Source: an uncultured Acidobacteriota bacterium (GTDB lineage Bacteria; Acidobacteriota; Thermoanaerobaculia; Gp7-AA8). Taken from it: DNA of 64,000 nucleotides. Positions 29,176 through 39,725 of this stretch are shown piece after piece (within the stretch, counting starts at the first letter, position 1; each line of letters begins with the position of its first letter). The stretch spans positions 224,001 through 288,000 of the forward strand of contig CAVUKB010000001.1 in the NCBI GenBank assembly GCA_963741955.1. The letters run 5' to 3'. The position numbers and the translations under genes were made by a program. The notes under the pieces were generated by a model, which saw nothing but the letters and a program-made list of their open reading frames with translations, did not search any database and was not told the origin of the DNA.

Positions 29176-29800
29176 GTGAATCCGGATGCCGGCTCCCTCT
29201 ACGACTGCCTGATCATCGGAGGGGGTCTGGGGGGCCTGACCTGCGAGATCTTCCCCGGGCAGTATCACGGCCATTTGATGGTTCTTTTGGTTGCGAGCGC
29301 GCCGTTTGATGCTGGCGTACGGGTACAAGACCTGCCCCTCGTACGCCTCCGGGATTCGATTACTTCAACGGCACCAGCATCTTTCACTGTTCGGACTGCG
29401 ACGGCTGGGAGTCTTCCACCGGAGAGTCGGCGTGATCGAAACCAGGAGAGCGGTCACCGCACTCTCGGAGGGCGGACGCGACCATCTTCGCCAACCCCGA
29501 GGAACGCAACTCGCTCAGGAAGGCTTCAGTCGGCTCGCGGCGAACGACAGTCGACCCGCGGACAAGCGGATCACCCGGCTGATCCCGCGTGCCGAAGGTG
29601 AAGAAGAGAGCATCGATCGTCGTCGCGCAGCGGGGGTCGACGCGGACGTTCGGTCGCTCCGCGTCGACTTCGCGGCTCAGAGCTGGTGATGAGGTCCGCC
29701 GCCGACGGTGCGGTCACAGCCATTGCGATTCACAACGCGCTTGAGCCGCCACCGCGAGGTGGAGCCTCTGGAGTTCGACGGCGTCATCTCAAGAATCGGG
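29176..29800 (+). pseudogene. Degraded thioredoxin-reductase-like NAD(P)/FAD oxidoreductase
   Basis: Fragments in different frames: YDCLIIGGG.GGL, ARRLMLAYG, GTSIFHCSDCDGWE, AADGAVTAIAIHNAL. Confidence 0.75.
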
Positions 29801-29986
29801 TGATCTGCCCATGCATAAGAGTCATACCGGCGGCGTGACCTGCGCTTACCACAATTGCCTCCGATCTTGGATGTCGAAGTTCGCAAAGAGAATAGTTCGA
29901 TTGACCAATTGACCCAGAAGTGTAGCGAAGATACTATCATGGCGTTCTCGCCCGAACGTCGGCTCTCAAGCTATTTTGGAAGAAAA

Positions 29987-30718
29987 TTGGAAAAGAATTG
30001 TAAGTTGATCCTCGTGTTCTCGCTAGCCATTCTGTTGTCGGCGGCTGCGTTGCTTGCCGGCCAATCCGATAATCTCAAAAAGGCAGGCTCCGATCCCGCC
30101 AGCAAGGGCGTGGCGTTCTATATTTTTCACGACGTAACCGCTGAGCGTGTCACCGCAGACCTCTTGCGCCCGGACAAATCGGTCGTGGCAACAATTGCCG
30201 TAGTTCCTGAGACTGGGCATGGATGGCTCGTGCATTACAAGAGTAAGCAAGCGAGCTTCGAACTTCGCTGGGCACCTTCAGAGGGCTTGGTGGAAGTCCG
30301 GGACCATGACCGTAAGGCTTCAAAGACCTTCGATACAGAGGGAAAGCGATGGGTCACGAGTGGCGATGAGTCTTTGCTTGTTGAACGTGACGAACTGCTG
30401 AAGCTCTGTTTCGCTGTCGTTGCTGACTTCGAAGAGTCCGGGGTCAAGGGCGTTGCTTTGGTGCGCGACCCGTGGCAACAAGACGACGGTGGTGGCTCGT
30501 CGGATGGCACTTTCTGCAATGGCAGCGAATATCGCGGTTTCGGCGCTGGAACTACCAGATCGCAAGCGTGCTACAACGCAACGGCGGATGCCAATAATCA
30601 GTGCTGGAACTATTGGTGTACGGGCTGTTGTTTCTTTCTCGACTGCGATGGGTATTGTTCTTTGGGTGATTACGGCTGCTTCGCTGGCCGCTCCGGTCGA
30701 GCGTGCTCTGGATCGTAA
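29987..30718 (+). CDS. Secreted protein with a C-terminal 10-Cys domain (start TTG 29987 or ATG 29939)
   Basis: Signal peptide KNCKLILVFSLAILLSAAALLA; lower GC than flanks; Cys-rich tail after the DDGGGSSDG linker. Confidence 0.75.
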   Translation: MEKNCKLILVFSLAILLSAAALLAGQSDNLKKAGSDPASKGVAFYIFHDVTAERVTADLLRPDKSVVATIAVVPETGHGWLVHYKSKQASFELRWAPSEGLVEVRDHDRKASKTFDTEGKRWVTSGDESLLVERDELLKLCFAVVADFEESGVKGVALVRDPWQQDDGGGSSDGTFCNGSEYRGFGAGTTRSQACYNATADANNQCWNYWCTGCCFFLDCDGYCSLGDYGCFAGRSGRACSGS

Positions 30719-30747
30719 CCGTTATTTCTTAGCCGAGAGGATAAAAA

Positions 30748-30882
30748 ATGGGTGGCATCGGACTTCGAGAGACGATCAGCCTCGCTGTGGTCGTCATTGT
30801 GGCACTCGCCGTCGTATTCGCAGTATTGTACGGTCTGGTCCGCGTGCTTCGAGCGCCCAGGAATGACCGCAAATCGAAATGA
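30748..30882 (+). CDS. 44-aa single-TM peptide MGGIGLRETISLAVVVIVALAVVFAVLYGLVRVLRAPRNDRKSK
   Basis: GAGAGG RBS 7 nt before ATG; hydrophobic helix plus basic tail; below the ORF-track size cutoff. Confidence 0.65.
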   Translation: MGGIGLRETISLAVVVIVALAVVFAVLYGLVRVLRAPRNDRKSK

Positions 30883-30992
30883 CGTAGAAGTATCATGACG
30901 GCGTCTGGCGAAACGGACGTCTGCAGCCGCCCCTGCAGAAGTTTTCGCGGAACTGCGTTTTCTGTCAATTCACCGGCGTTCGGCAGACTCGA

Positions 30993-31946
30993 TCATCGAG
31001 TGGCCGCACCGGTGGCCAACCCGCGGAGCGGCTCGACGCGGATGGAGATGTTGCTCGCCGGAAGTTGCCGCCCATCCTTCCGCACCCACGCCACGATGGT
31101 GTAGACGCCGCTCCCCTGATCGAGCGGCAGGGTGCAGGAGAACTCTCCATCCGGACCGACATCGATCGACGGAGATGCGATCGGAGCGTCGCTCCGCGCG
31201 AGCGCGGCGAGTCCGCGGCGGTCATTCTCGCGACGCAGACCGAAGTTGCGACGCGTCTCCGGGAGCGAGTACGTCTCGATCCGGTTGGCTTCGGAGACAC
31301 TCAGTGGCCGCGGAAGGGGCTCGTGATAGAGCGAGATCGCGTCGATCCGGCTTCCGCGGAGGGTCGTGCCGGCCAGGTGCACCCGCTCTCCTTCCGTGGC
31401 GATACGAGGGACGTCGCTCGACCAGCGGACGTAGCGTCGCAGGAACTCCTGGGTCATGCGGAACTCGCCGCCACGCCACGCGAGCCCGATCCCCACATGC
31501 GTCGCGTCGGGATCGAGGATCGCCTTGCGATGGCCGTCGCCGGGAGGTTTTTCGGCGATCATCACCTGCTCCGAGCGCTGAACCAGGTCGAGGACCATCG
31601 CGTCATTGAACGGGTAGTCGGCGGACCACGACGCGGTGTTCTCCGTCAGTCCGTCGTTGCCACCGCCGAGGGAGTAGCGCATGTAGGGGGATTGCCCATC
31701 GACGCTGTAGTGACCGGTCGTTCCGAACTCGATCTGTTCCTCGCAGTACGCATCGGCGATTCGCGAGGCGACCGGATCGAGTACCACCGGGCCGAGCCCA
31801 GCCGCGGCACGGTCGCGGTTGATCCGTACCAGGGCCTCCCGCCGCAACGACTCCCGCAGGACGTTCTGTCCCCCGGACGCCGCGACCGCCGCGGGCCCGA
31901 CCGACACCGCAACCAACACACACCACCCGACCGCGATCCGTTTCAT
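30993..31946 (-). CDS. Secreted CAP (SCP) domain protein
   Basis: IN.DR...GL, H...DG..P..RY, GH...ILDP..THVGIG, QEF. Confidence 0.85.
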   Translation of the reverse strand: MKRIAVGWCVLVAVSVGPAAVAASGGQNVLRESLRREALVRINRDRAAAGLGPVVLDPVASRIADAYCEEQIEFGTTGHYSVDGQSPYMRYSLGGGNDGLTENTASWSADYPFNDAMVLDLVQRSEQVMIAEKPPGDGHRKAILDPDATHVGIGLAWRGGEFRMTQEFLRRYVRWSSDVPRIATEGERVHLAGTTLRGSRIDAISLYHEPLPRPLSVSEANRIETYSLPETRRNFGLRRENDRRGLAALARSDAPIASPSIDVGPDGEFSCTLPLDQGSGVYTIVAWVRKDGRQLPASNISIRVEPLRGLATGAATR

Positions 31947-31991
31947 CGTCGGGCACATTGTAGTGGAGCGGGCCTCGGGAGAGAAACGGGG

Positions 31992-34900
31992 TCAGGGGCT
32001 GGTCGGCAGCTCGATGGAGATCCTGAACCCGTCCGCTTCGTTGTCGGCCCGGATCGTTCCTCCGTGATCCTCGACCGACTTCCGGGCGATGGCGAGACCG
32101 AGTCCGGTCCCGGTCGACTTGGTGGAGAAATACGGATCGAAGATTTTCGACAGGACCTCCGCGGCAACGCCGGGGCCGCTGTCCTTGACCGAGATCATCA
32201 CTCTCCTGCCGGCTGCGCGGCTCGCGAACTCGACTCTTCCTCCGGGTGGAGTCGCCTGCAGGGCGTTCTCGAGAAGGTTCGCGATCGCGCTGCGCAGAAG
32301 CCGTGAGTCTCCGACGAAGCGCTCCGGGGTGGAGCGGTCGATGTCCACGCGGAGCTCGATGCCCAAACCGTGGCTCTCGCGGTAGTCGTGTGCGATCTGC
32401 TGGAGAAGCGTCTGCAGGTCGAACTCCTCCGACTTCGGTTCGCGGATCGATGCGTAGTCGCTGAACTCGCGGGAAGTCTCCTTCAGCGTCGCCACTTGAC
32501 GGAGGATGCTCTCGACGCTGCTCACGACGACCGCAGGGAGACGCGGATCGTGGCGCTCGGCGACTGCTCTGAGATGCTCGGCGGTGAGCTGGATCGGCGT
32601 GAGCGGGTTCTTGATCTCGTGAGCGACCTGACGGGCCATCTCCGCCCACGCTTCCAGCCGGTTGGAGCGGAGGATGTCGGTGACGTCCTCTGCGATGAGC
32701 ATCTCTTCGTCGCCTCCGGGAAGAGGGACGATGGAGATGCGGAATGTTCGGATTCCTCCATCCATCGAGAGGGAGGTTTCGCCGGAGACGGGACCTCGGG
32801 GCGGTCTGTGGTCCAGAACGCGCTGCACTTCGGCGTAAGGTGAGACGAACGGTCGTCCGACTGCGCTCTCGTCGAAGTGGAACAGCGCACGCGCGGCGTG
32901 ATTGGTGGCCATGATTCTGGAATTCGCGTCGAGCACGACCACCGCGGCCTCGATGTTCTCCAGAAGAGTCTGCAGCCGGTCGCGCTCGTGGCGAAGATCC
33001 TCCTGCTGCCGTCGAATGGACTGTGCCATGTCGCCGAACGTCGAGACGAGGAGTCCGAGCTCCGGATCCTTGGCCGGAGTGACGGAGACTTCGAAATCGC
33101 CTCCCGCAACGCGCCGGGCGCCGAGGACCAGCTCCTGCACCGGGCGGGTGACGCGGCGCGCCGCACTGTACGCGACGGCGAGCGCCGCGAAGCCGATCAG
33201 GGTCAGCACGAGGTAGATCGTCGTCGCCAGATCGTTCACCTGAGACTCGATCTGCCGCGCCTGCACGATGAACGGAAGCGCGAGAGTGTAGTTCCCTTCC
33301 GGAGTGAGCGAGATCGGGCCGTAGATCTCGATGAACTTGGTCGGTCCGGAGGTCTGCTCCTCCCGCACCAGTTGGCTGCCGTGAATGATGATCGCGTCGT
33401 ACACCTGACCGGGAAGACGAGGCGACTCGATCCGTGCGGCGAAGAGGTCGCGGCGGCTCGATGCGAGCACCACGTCGTCCCGGTAGAGATGGAGATCGTG
33501 CCCGATCACCCGGGCGAGCCACGTGAGGATCGCGTCGTCGAGCACCGCCTCGGGATTCTGATTGGAAGTCGAGGCGAGATAATCTTCGATCACCCTCTGA
33601 GCGGTGTTGAATGCCGACTGTCCCTGCTCGAGGTACTCCGTCTCGAGGCGGTCCGCGAGATACGCGCGGACGAAGAGGACGAAGATGATCAACGGCACGA
33701 TCACCACCGCGGTGAGGTAAAGAGAGGTCCGGGCCTGAAATCCGAGCTTCCTCGGGAAGCCGCGCGCGAAAAGTGAAGGTGCGACCCTCAGCCCGAGAAG
33801 AACCAGTCCGGCCAGCAGTGCCCAGACCGCGATACTCCCGCCGCGACGCAGCTTCTGCGGCGTCGATGGCTCGGTGAGTGGAAACGCGTACAGCGCGCTC
33901 ATTCCCCGTCGCAGGAATATCCTCATCTCCGGGTCTCTCAGCGAGCGCACCCAGCGTCCCTCGCCGGGTTTCATCGCGGACATGTACCAGGAGGGGCGTC
34001 GCGGAAGCCGCACGCCCGGACGGCCGTGTAGCGTTCCCTGGGCATCGAACACGACCGGCTCGCCGGGATGCTGCAGCACGGCAAACGAACGGTCGCGTCC
34101 CCGGAGGTAGAAATCGCGATAGATGTCGGAGGAGGCGACGACCGCAGGATCGGTCGGGCTGAGAAGATGCACGCTGCCGAACGCGACGACCTCGCCGTAG
34201 TCGGTGAGCTTGAAATCGTGATGAATCAGCTCACGGCTGAACTTCCCGACCTGCACCGTCTCCCGCTCCGCCCGACCGACGTCCGCCGGAAGCTGAGGCA
34301 GACCGACGCCGAACCGGCTGATGGGTCGACCGGTGTAGTCGGTGACGGTGATCGCCGCAGGAATGTTCCACCGGGAAAGATCGGAGCGGGACCAGAGGGA
34401 GAAGGCGAGATCGCCCAGACTGGTATTGGTGAAGGAGGAGGGGAGGAAGTCGTCCAGATCGACGTTGGTGAAATCCTTCTCCAGGGTGTTCTCGATCATG
34501 GTCCGGAGCTGTCCGGTCTCGCCCGCGACGAGAGGCGCATAGGTATCGGAGACGAAGCGCGCCGCGGAGACGCTCTCGAAGATCGAGACGGGAGGATAGA
34601 TCACCAGCACCACCAGGAGTGCGCGAAGGACCGTCGCGACGGGCCGAGCCTCGTAGAGTGCGTCGACCACGAATCCGAGAACGATCGCCAGCGCGATCGC
34701 ACCGAACGCCGTCCTCTGTGCGTTGTCCGGAATCACGAGAGCGACCACACCACACGCGAAGATCGCACCGATGATCGGGACGGCCGCCCGGCGGAGAGGA
34801 AGCGCGGGACGGGTCCACTGCAGGAGCGCGAATCCGAAGATCACCAGGGCGGCGAGAAGAACTCCCTGGGCAGGAAACGACGGAACGATGTGATCGGGAA

Positions 34901-36128
34901 TCGGCGGGATCCGGCTGTTGTCGACCAGGTTCCGCACCAGATCTGAAAAAAGATACGCGCCCCCTGCGGCCGCGAAGACGCTGATCACTCCGCGGGTCCG
35001 GACTCCCACGAACTGTGCGACTTCGTGGAAGGTCAGCAGAAAAAGCACGGCGGTCAGCAAAAGCGCGATCGGTGAGCTCGACAGCGGGCCGAGGATGGTG
35101 GAACCGTAAAGCTCGAAGCCGAAGAGGTGGAGCGGATCGCGGGAGACGTGAACGCCGAGAAGCGCGAGGCGGATCAGCACCAGAATGGGGACAGTGATCG
35201 CGAGACGTCGCAGCGCGTCGCGGAGCGAAGCCGTCCGGCGACCGTAACGGGTGAAGAGCTCGCGGAGAAGAAATGCGAGCGCGATCGCGAGGACGATCGA
35301 GCTGGCGCTGGATGCGTCGCCGCGGATCCAGTCGAGCACTTCCTGCCGGTCGTGCAGACCGACGTCGACGTAGAGCGAGGACGAAGGGCCGCGTCCGATC
35401 ACGAACCGCCGCGCTCCCTTCAGGAGATCGAGGGTTCCACCATGGAGCTTCAGAGAGGAGATCCACGGAGATGCCGGATGTCCGGTGAGATCGGCGGGAT
35501 CGGTGTCGATCCCGTTCGGTATCCGCTCGTAGTGATCGATGCTCCAGGTGCCGCCGTTGCCAGGGAACTGAGCCCGGTGCACGAGGTAGAGATTCGTGAC
35601 GTCGAACTGGTAGACGTCGGGGCGGCGGGACGGAAGGTACTCCCCCCACCATGCTGCGATCGCCCCGCTCGGTGCGATCACGCGAAAGCCTCGATTGGCC
35701 CGGTCGTTGTTGCGGCCGAGGATCGCGAAGAGATTGGAACGGTTGGTGGTCGCGTGCTCGGAGCCGATCTGCCGAACCGCGCGGTCGGTGGACTCCCGCA
35801 GCTCCCGGCTCTTCTCCGCGATCATCGACTCGATCTCATGAGCGGCCGCCGCGCTGTGTGCCGCCGAGCGGATGGTGAACTCCGCGCCGATGCGACGCCC
35901 CACCGCCCATCCACCGAAGTCGATCACTCCCGTCACCGCAACCGCGACGGCGAAGAGCCGCAGCGATCGGGTTCGTCCGGCGAGGATCGCGACGAGGGAG
36001 AGAATGATGACGGCGAGGGAGACGCCGAGGGGCGGGGATGCGGGGACCGTGGCGATGCGCGCTCCGACCGCCGCGGTCACGAGCACCGCGGAGATCAGAT
36101 CGCGAACGGTGCCACGTGCGGGTTTCAC
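31992..36128 (-). CDS. Large multi-TM HAMP-PAS sensor histidine kinase (NtrY-like C-terminus)
   Basis: [48 protein letters not shown]. Confidence 0.92.
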   Translation of the reverse strand: MKPARGTVRDLISAVLVTAAVGARIATVPASPPLGVSLAVIILSLVAILAGRTRSLRLFAVAVAVTGVIDFGGWAVGRRIGAEFTIRSAAHSAAAAHEIESMIAEKSRELRESTDRAVRQIGSEHATTNRSNLFAILGRNNDRANRGFRVIAPSGAIAAWWGEYLPSRRPDVYQFDVTNLYLVHRAQFPGNGGTWSIDHYERIPNGIDTDPADLTGHPASPWISSLKLHGGTLDLLKGARRFVIGRGPSSSLYVDVGLHDRQEVLDWIRGDASSASSIVLAIALAFLLRELFTRYGRRTASLRDALRRLAITVPILVLIRLALLGVHVSRDPLHLFGFELYGSTILGPLSSSPIALLLTAVLFLLTFHEVAQFVGVRTRGVISVFAAAGGAYLFSDLVRNLVDNSRIPPIPDHIVPSFPAQGVLLAALVIFGFALLQWTRPALPLRRAAVPIIGAIFACGVVALVIPDNAQRTAFGAIALAIVLGFVVDALYEARPVATVLRALLVVLVIYPPVSIFESVSAARFVSDTYAPLVAGETGQLRTMIENTLEKDFTNVDLDDFLPSSFTNTSLGDLAFSLWSRSDLSRWNIPAAITVTDYTGRPISRFGVGLPQLPADVGRAERETVQVGKFSRELIHHDFKLTDYGEVVAFGSVHLLSPTDPAVVASSDIYRDFYLRGRDRSFAVLQHPGEPVVFDAQGTLHGRPGVRLPRRPSWYMSAMKPGEGRWVRSLRDPEMRIFLRRGMSALYAFPLTEPSTPQKLRRGGSIAVWALLAGLVLLGLRVAPSLFARGFPRKLGFQARTSLYLTAVVIVPLIIFVLFVRAYLADRLETEYLEQGQSAFNTAQRVIEDYLASTSNQNPEAVLDDAILTWLARVIGHDLHLYRDDVVLASSRRDLFAARIESPRLPGQVYDAIIIHGSQLVREEQTSGPTKFIEIYGPISLTPEGNYTLALPFIVQARQIESQVNDLATTIYLVLTLIGFAALAVAYSAARRVTRPVQELVLGARRVAGGDFEVSVTPAKDPELGLLVSTFGDMAQSIRRQQEDLRHERDRLQTLLENIEAAVVVLDANSRIMATNHAARALFHFDESAVGRPFVSPYAEVQRVLDHRPPRGPVSGETSLSMDGGIRTFRISIVPLPGGDEEMLIAEDVTDILRSNRLEAWAEMARQVAHEIKNPLTPIQLTAEHLRAVAERHDPRLPAVVVSSVESILRQVATLKETSREFSDYASIREPKSEEFDLQTLLQQIAHDYRESHGLGIELRVDIDRSTPERFVGDSRLLRSAIANLLENALQATPPGGRVEFASRAAGRRVMISVKDSGPGVAAEVLSKIFDPYFSTKSTGTGLGLAIARKSVEDHGGTIRADNEADGFRISIELPTSP

Positions 36129-36163
36129 TTCCTGCAGAATATCATCCGCGCAGACTCCTGAAG

Positions 36164-36192
36164 GTGCGGCGGGGGGCTTCCCCCCGTCGCAC
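36164..36192 (-). terminator. GC hairpin immediately after the 36192 stop
   Basis: GTGCGGCGGGGG-gcttc-CCCCCGTCGCAC. Confidence 0.5.
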
Positions 36193-36632
36193 TACTTCCC
36201 CGCGGAGCGGACTGAAACGAGAGACCAGCTTCCGTTCGAGTTCTGATGGAGGGTGACGTACAGCTCGCGTGCCTCCGGTGAACCGGACGGCTGGATGGTC
36301 CACGTTCCGGTGATGATGTACTGCCCCTCGGCGCTGTTCTTCCTCGCGCTGCTCTGCTGGAAGCCGGCCGGTTTCGCTTTCTGAAACAGCTTGTCGAGAA
36401 GGAGCGCCGCCTGGTCGCGGCCGAAGAACCCCGACTCGTCGATCAGTCCCGGGAACTGCAGCATCACCTTGTCTCCAGCCGCCATTCCGGAAACCACCGC
36501 CCGGCTCTCACCGCGGCCGAATCCGGACGAGATGGCCTGCATTCCGGAGTCGAGGTCGGAGAATCCCTGGGCCGATGCGATCACCGGCACGGCGAGCAGC
36601 AGAACGGCTGCGAGAGTGAGTGTCTTTTTCAT
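36192..36632 (-). CDS. Secreted hypothetical protein (DUF4783-like)
   Basis: MKKTLT signal peptide, GGAGA RBS, TAGAAT -10; G.F...QA...L..LF....P..F pattern. Confidence 0.7.
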   Translation of the reverse strand: MKKTLTLAAVLLLAVPVIASAQGFSDLDSGMQAISSGFGRGESRAVVSGMAAGDKVMLQFPGLIDESGFFGRDQAALLLDKLFQKAKPAGFQQSSARKNSAEGQYIITGTWTIQPSGSPEARELYVTLHQNSNGSWSLVSVRSAGK

Positions 36633-36734
36633 GATGTTCTCCACGCGCATCAGAACCATACGCACTCACTGGTTATTCTAGACTCGTGCCGATGTAAAGT
36701 ACAGAACGAGCGATACTTATCTGCGGCTTTCGCC

Positions 36735-37454
36735 TCATTTGGAGGGCGGTCCGTCCTCCGCGAGTGACGAGTCGCCGAGACCGCGGCGGACCAGCTCGTC
36801 ACGAAAGTCGGCCGGGAGCGGCGCCTCGACTTCGAGTGGTTCCCCATGCACCGGGTGCGTCATCACCAGCCGGTGTGCGTGCAGCATCGGACGGCTCGCG
36901 TCACGGTCGCCGTACAGCCAGTCGCCGACCAGCGGATGCCCGATCGCGGCGAGATGGACGCGTATCTGGTGCGTTCGTCCGGTGTGAAGCCGGATCGCGA
37001 GGAGAGTCCCTGCGTCGCCGGAGATCAGAGGCGTGAGTGAAGTGATCGCGCGCCGGCCTCCTTCGCCGACTCCGAACTGGATCGCACCGATCCGCTCGAT
37101 CGGCGCGTCGATGGTCTGAGCGTCGCGGAGCTGGCCGCGGCAGAGGGCGAGATAGAGTTTCCGTATCGTTCCGCGCTCGAAGCTGCGGGTCACCCGCCGG
37201 TTCACCTTCGACTGCTTGGTGAAGAAGATCACTCCGCTGGTTCCGCGGTCGAGGCGCTGCATCAGGAACGCCGATTCGCCTCGAGCGGCGAGAAGGTCGC
37301 GGACGGAGTCGAAGAGCACCGGCTCGTCGGGATCGTAGCCCCGTTGGACGACGAACCCCGGCGGCTTGTTGACGAAGATCAGTGCCTCGTCTTCGTAGAG
37401 GATCTCGAACGAAGGCGTGGCGCGGTCAGTCGCCGTAGAGAAGGAATTCTTCAC
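36735..37454 (-). CDS. RluA-family pseudouridine synthase
   Basis: ILYED...VNKP.G, QRLDRGTSG, TGRTHQIRVH...GHP.VGD..Y, LHA; start approximate. Confidence 0.93.
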   Translation of the reverse strand: MKNSFSTATDRATPSFEILYEDEALIFVNKPPGFVVQRGYDPDEPVLFDSVRDLLAARGESAFLMQRLDRGTSGVIFFTKQSKVNRRVTRSFERGTIRKLYLALCRGQLRDAQTIDAPIERIGAIQFGVGEGGRRAITSLTPLISGDAGTLLAIRLHTGRTHQIRVHLAAIGHPLVGDWLYGDRDASRPMLHAHRLVMTHPVHGEPLEVEAPLPADFRDELVRRGLGDSSLAEDGPPSK

Positions 37455-38619
37455 GTGCACGTGCGAACTCCCGGAGTGGCTCTTCCCATTCCGCGATCCA
37501 GCTCTCCACGTCGCCTCCCGACTCGATGAGCGTCCGGAAGCGATCCGTTCCGGCGAGAAGGTCGATCGCGAGTCGGTCGGAGACGTACTCGTACGGCTCG
37601 CGCCGCCAATCGAACCGCGCCGGATCCATGGCACGAGCGACCTCGATACAGCGGAGTCCGGTCCGGTACGGCTCGAAAGTCCGGCGGTCGGTCACGTGCA
37701 GCTCCACGCCGCCACAGACCTCGCCTGCGTGCTTGTGGAAGGTCGGCTGGAAATAGTGCGGGCGGAAGCGGATTCCGGGAAGCTCGAGCGCGTTGAGGCG
37801 GTCGGCGAGCTCGAACGGCTGGAGCCACGGCGCTCCGAACAGCTCGAACGGATGGGTGGTGCCGCGTCCTTCGCTCAGGTTCGTTCCTTCGATCAGGCAC
37901 ATTCCGGGATAGACCGCGGCGGTGGTGACGGTGGGCATGTTCGGTGAGGGGATCACCCAGGGGAGACCGGTGTCTTCCCACCACATCGATCGCTTCCAGT
38001 TGCGCATCGGCACGACCACCAGATCGCAACCGAACTCGAACCGCGCATTGAAGTAGCGCGCGAGCTCGCCCGCCGTCATTCCGTGACGCGTGGGGAGCGG
38101 GAACAGCCCGACGAAGCTCGCATACTTCTCCTCTCCGATGTTTCCCTCGAGGTGAATCCCGTCGATCGGATTCGGCCGGTCGAGGACGATCACCCGCACG
38201 CCGACTTTCGCCGCTTCGCGCATGGAAAGAGCCATGGTGTAGATGAACGTGTAATAGCGCGATCCGACGTCCTGCAGGTCGACCACCAGAGCGTCGATGG
38301 TGCGGAGCACGCTGGCGGGAGGTGAGAGCTGTTCCGGGCTGCTTCCGTAAAGGGAGTAGACGTCGAGACCAGTGAGGGGATCGACGGTGTGATCCACGTG
38401 AGCCATGTCCTGCGCGTCGCCCCAGATTCCGTGCTCGGGACCGAAGAGGACGGTCAGCTGCCACTCTCGTCCGGCATGGAGCAGCCGGGCGGCGTGCCGA
38501 AGGTCGCGGGTGACCGCGGAGTGATTGGTGACCAGACCGATCCGCTTGCCGACGATCGGGGAGGGGTCGTCGATGAGCACTTCGAGACCGGGTTGGACGG
38601 GGGGCGAGGGTGTACGCAT
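37426..38619 (-). CDS. namZ: DUF1343 exo-beta-N-acetylmuramidase NamZ family
   Basis: LFGPEHG, YSLYG, DLQDVGSRYYT, DRPNP, RHGMT.GE, PSPNMP, SEGRGT. Confidence 0.92.
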   Translation of the reverse strand: MRTPSPPVQPGLEVLIDDPSPIVGKRIGLVTNHSAVTRDLRHAARLLHAGREWQLTVLFGPEHGIWGDAQDMAHVDHTVDPLTGLDVYSLYGSSPEQLSPPASVLRTIDALVVDLQDVGSRYYTFIYTMALSMREAAKVGVRVIVLDRPNPIDGIHLEGNIGEEKYASFVGLFPLPTRHGMTAGELARYFNARFEFGCDLVVVPMRNWKRSMWWEDTGLPWVIPSPNMPTVTTAAVYPGMCLIEGTNLSEGRGTTHPFELFGAPWLQPFELADRLNALELPGIRFRPHYFQPTFHKHAGEVCGGVELHVTDRRTFEPYRTGLRCIEVARAMDPARFDWRREPYEYVSDRLAIDLLAGTDRFRTLIESGGDVESWIAEWEEPLREFARAREEFLLYGD

Positions 38620-38634
38620 GTCAGTCTTCGCTCC

Positions 38635-39132
38635 TCATGTGGGACGGTGCGCCGTTCTCCCGCGGAGGAGATCGAGCACGTGCGGGATCAGATGGAGGAC
38701 GCTGCGCAGGTTCTCGGTGGCGCCGCGGGTGCCTCCTGGGAGATTCACGACCAGTGCCGGACCGCGGATCGCAGCCTGGCAACGGGAGAGGGGAGCCATT
38801 TTCGTCGAGCGGAGCGACTCGGCGCGCATGAGTTCACCGAATCCCGGAATTTTCTTCTGCGTGACGTCGTCTGTGGCTTCCGGGGTCACGTCTCGCGGGG
38901 CGACTCCGGTCCCGCCGGTGGTCACCACGAGATCGATCGAGTCGCGGTCGACTGCTTCGACGATCGCATTCGCGATGTCCGACCTCTCGTCGGGGAGGAC
39001 GACGATCGCGTCGACCTGGTAGCCTTCCGCGGCGAGGATGTCGCGAACTGCGGGACCGGAACGATCTTCGCGCTCGCCCCGCGAGGCGGCATCGCTGCAC
39101 GTGATCACCCGGGCTCGAAACGCTTCGCGCAT
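38635..39132 (-). CDS. MogA/MoaB molybdenum cofactor biosynthesis protein
   Basis: TCSD...REDRSG, TTGGTG..PRDVTPEA, NLPG. Confidence 0.92.
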   Translation of the reverse strand: MREAFRARVITCSDAASRGEREDRSGPAVRDILAAEGYQVDAIVVLPDERSDIANAIVEAVDRDSIDLVVTTGGTGVAPRDVTPEATDDVTQKKIPGFGELMRAESLRSTKMAPLSRCQAAIRGPALVVNLPGGTRGATENLRSVLHLIPHVLDLLRGRTAHRPT

Positions 39133-39171
39133 CGGCGGGTATCTTCACTGCTCGGGACGGAAAGCGCAAGG

Positions 39172-39290
39172 TGAGGGACGAGAGACGAGAGACGAGGGAC
39201 GAGAGACGAGAGGCGAGAGGCGAGAGACGAGAGACGAGGAGCAAGAGGTGAGGAGCAAGAGGTGAGGGGTGAGAGGTAAGGGGTGAGAGG
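39172..39290 (+). repeat. Heptamer tract (GAGACGA / GAGGTGA)n
   Basis: Directly visible 7-bp periodicity. Confidence 0.9.
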
Positions 39291-39466
39291 CATGCGCCCA
39301 AATTCTGAGGAGCGAAGTGATGAGACCGCGGCCGACGAATGCAGAATGGAGAGTTCAGTGTTCAGAATCAGGCGCCAACGGCGCGCGACGGCCACCTTTG
39401 AACACACGAATGGCGGGAGCGAATTGAAGAATCGTCCTCCTGCCCCGAAGGGGCAACGGAGATTAG

Positions 39467-39643
39467 CCCGCATTTCTCACACCGTCTCGTCGCGAGCAGG
39501 CGGAGAGTGGCTTGGATGCAAGGCGCGCGCAGCTTCGGCGACGAAGGCATAGTGGTGACTATGTTGAGGAGCCGAAGCTGTGCGCAACGTAGCAGACAGG
39601 CCGCTATCCGTCTCCGCAGCAGAGATGGTGTGAGAAATGCGGG
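39467..39643. mobile_element. MITE B (177 bp), 17-bp perfect TIR CCCGCATTTCTCACACC, 4-bp TSD TTAG, inserted in element C
   Basis: TTAG at 39463-39466 and 39644-39647; empty site gagaTTAGccggtgg at 14908-14922. Confidence 0.88.
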
Positions 39644-39725
39644 TTAGCCGGTGGCTGCCGCGAAGCGGCCGCCACCGGAGAGAGAGGAGCGCGATCATTC
39701 GTCGCACCCCGGCGAGAGCGAGACG

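Noticed and set aside
29176-29800. Selenoprotein or recoded gene near selA
   Set aside because: The breaks are frameshifts and deletions rather than an in-frame UGA at a Cys position; CxxC is encoded normally.
30748-30882. tatA
   Set aside because: Only the MGGIGxxE start resembles it. The FG hinge and amphipathic helix are missing, and no tatC is nearby.
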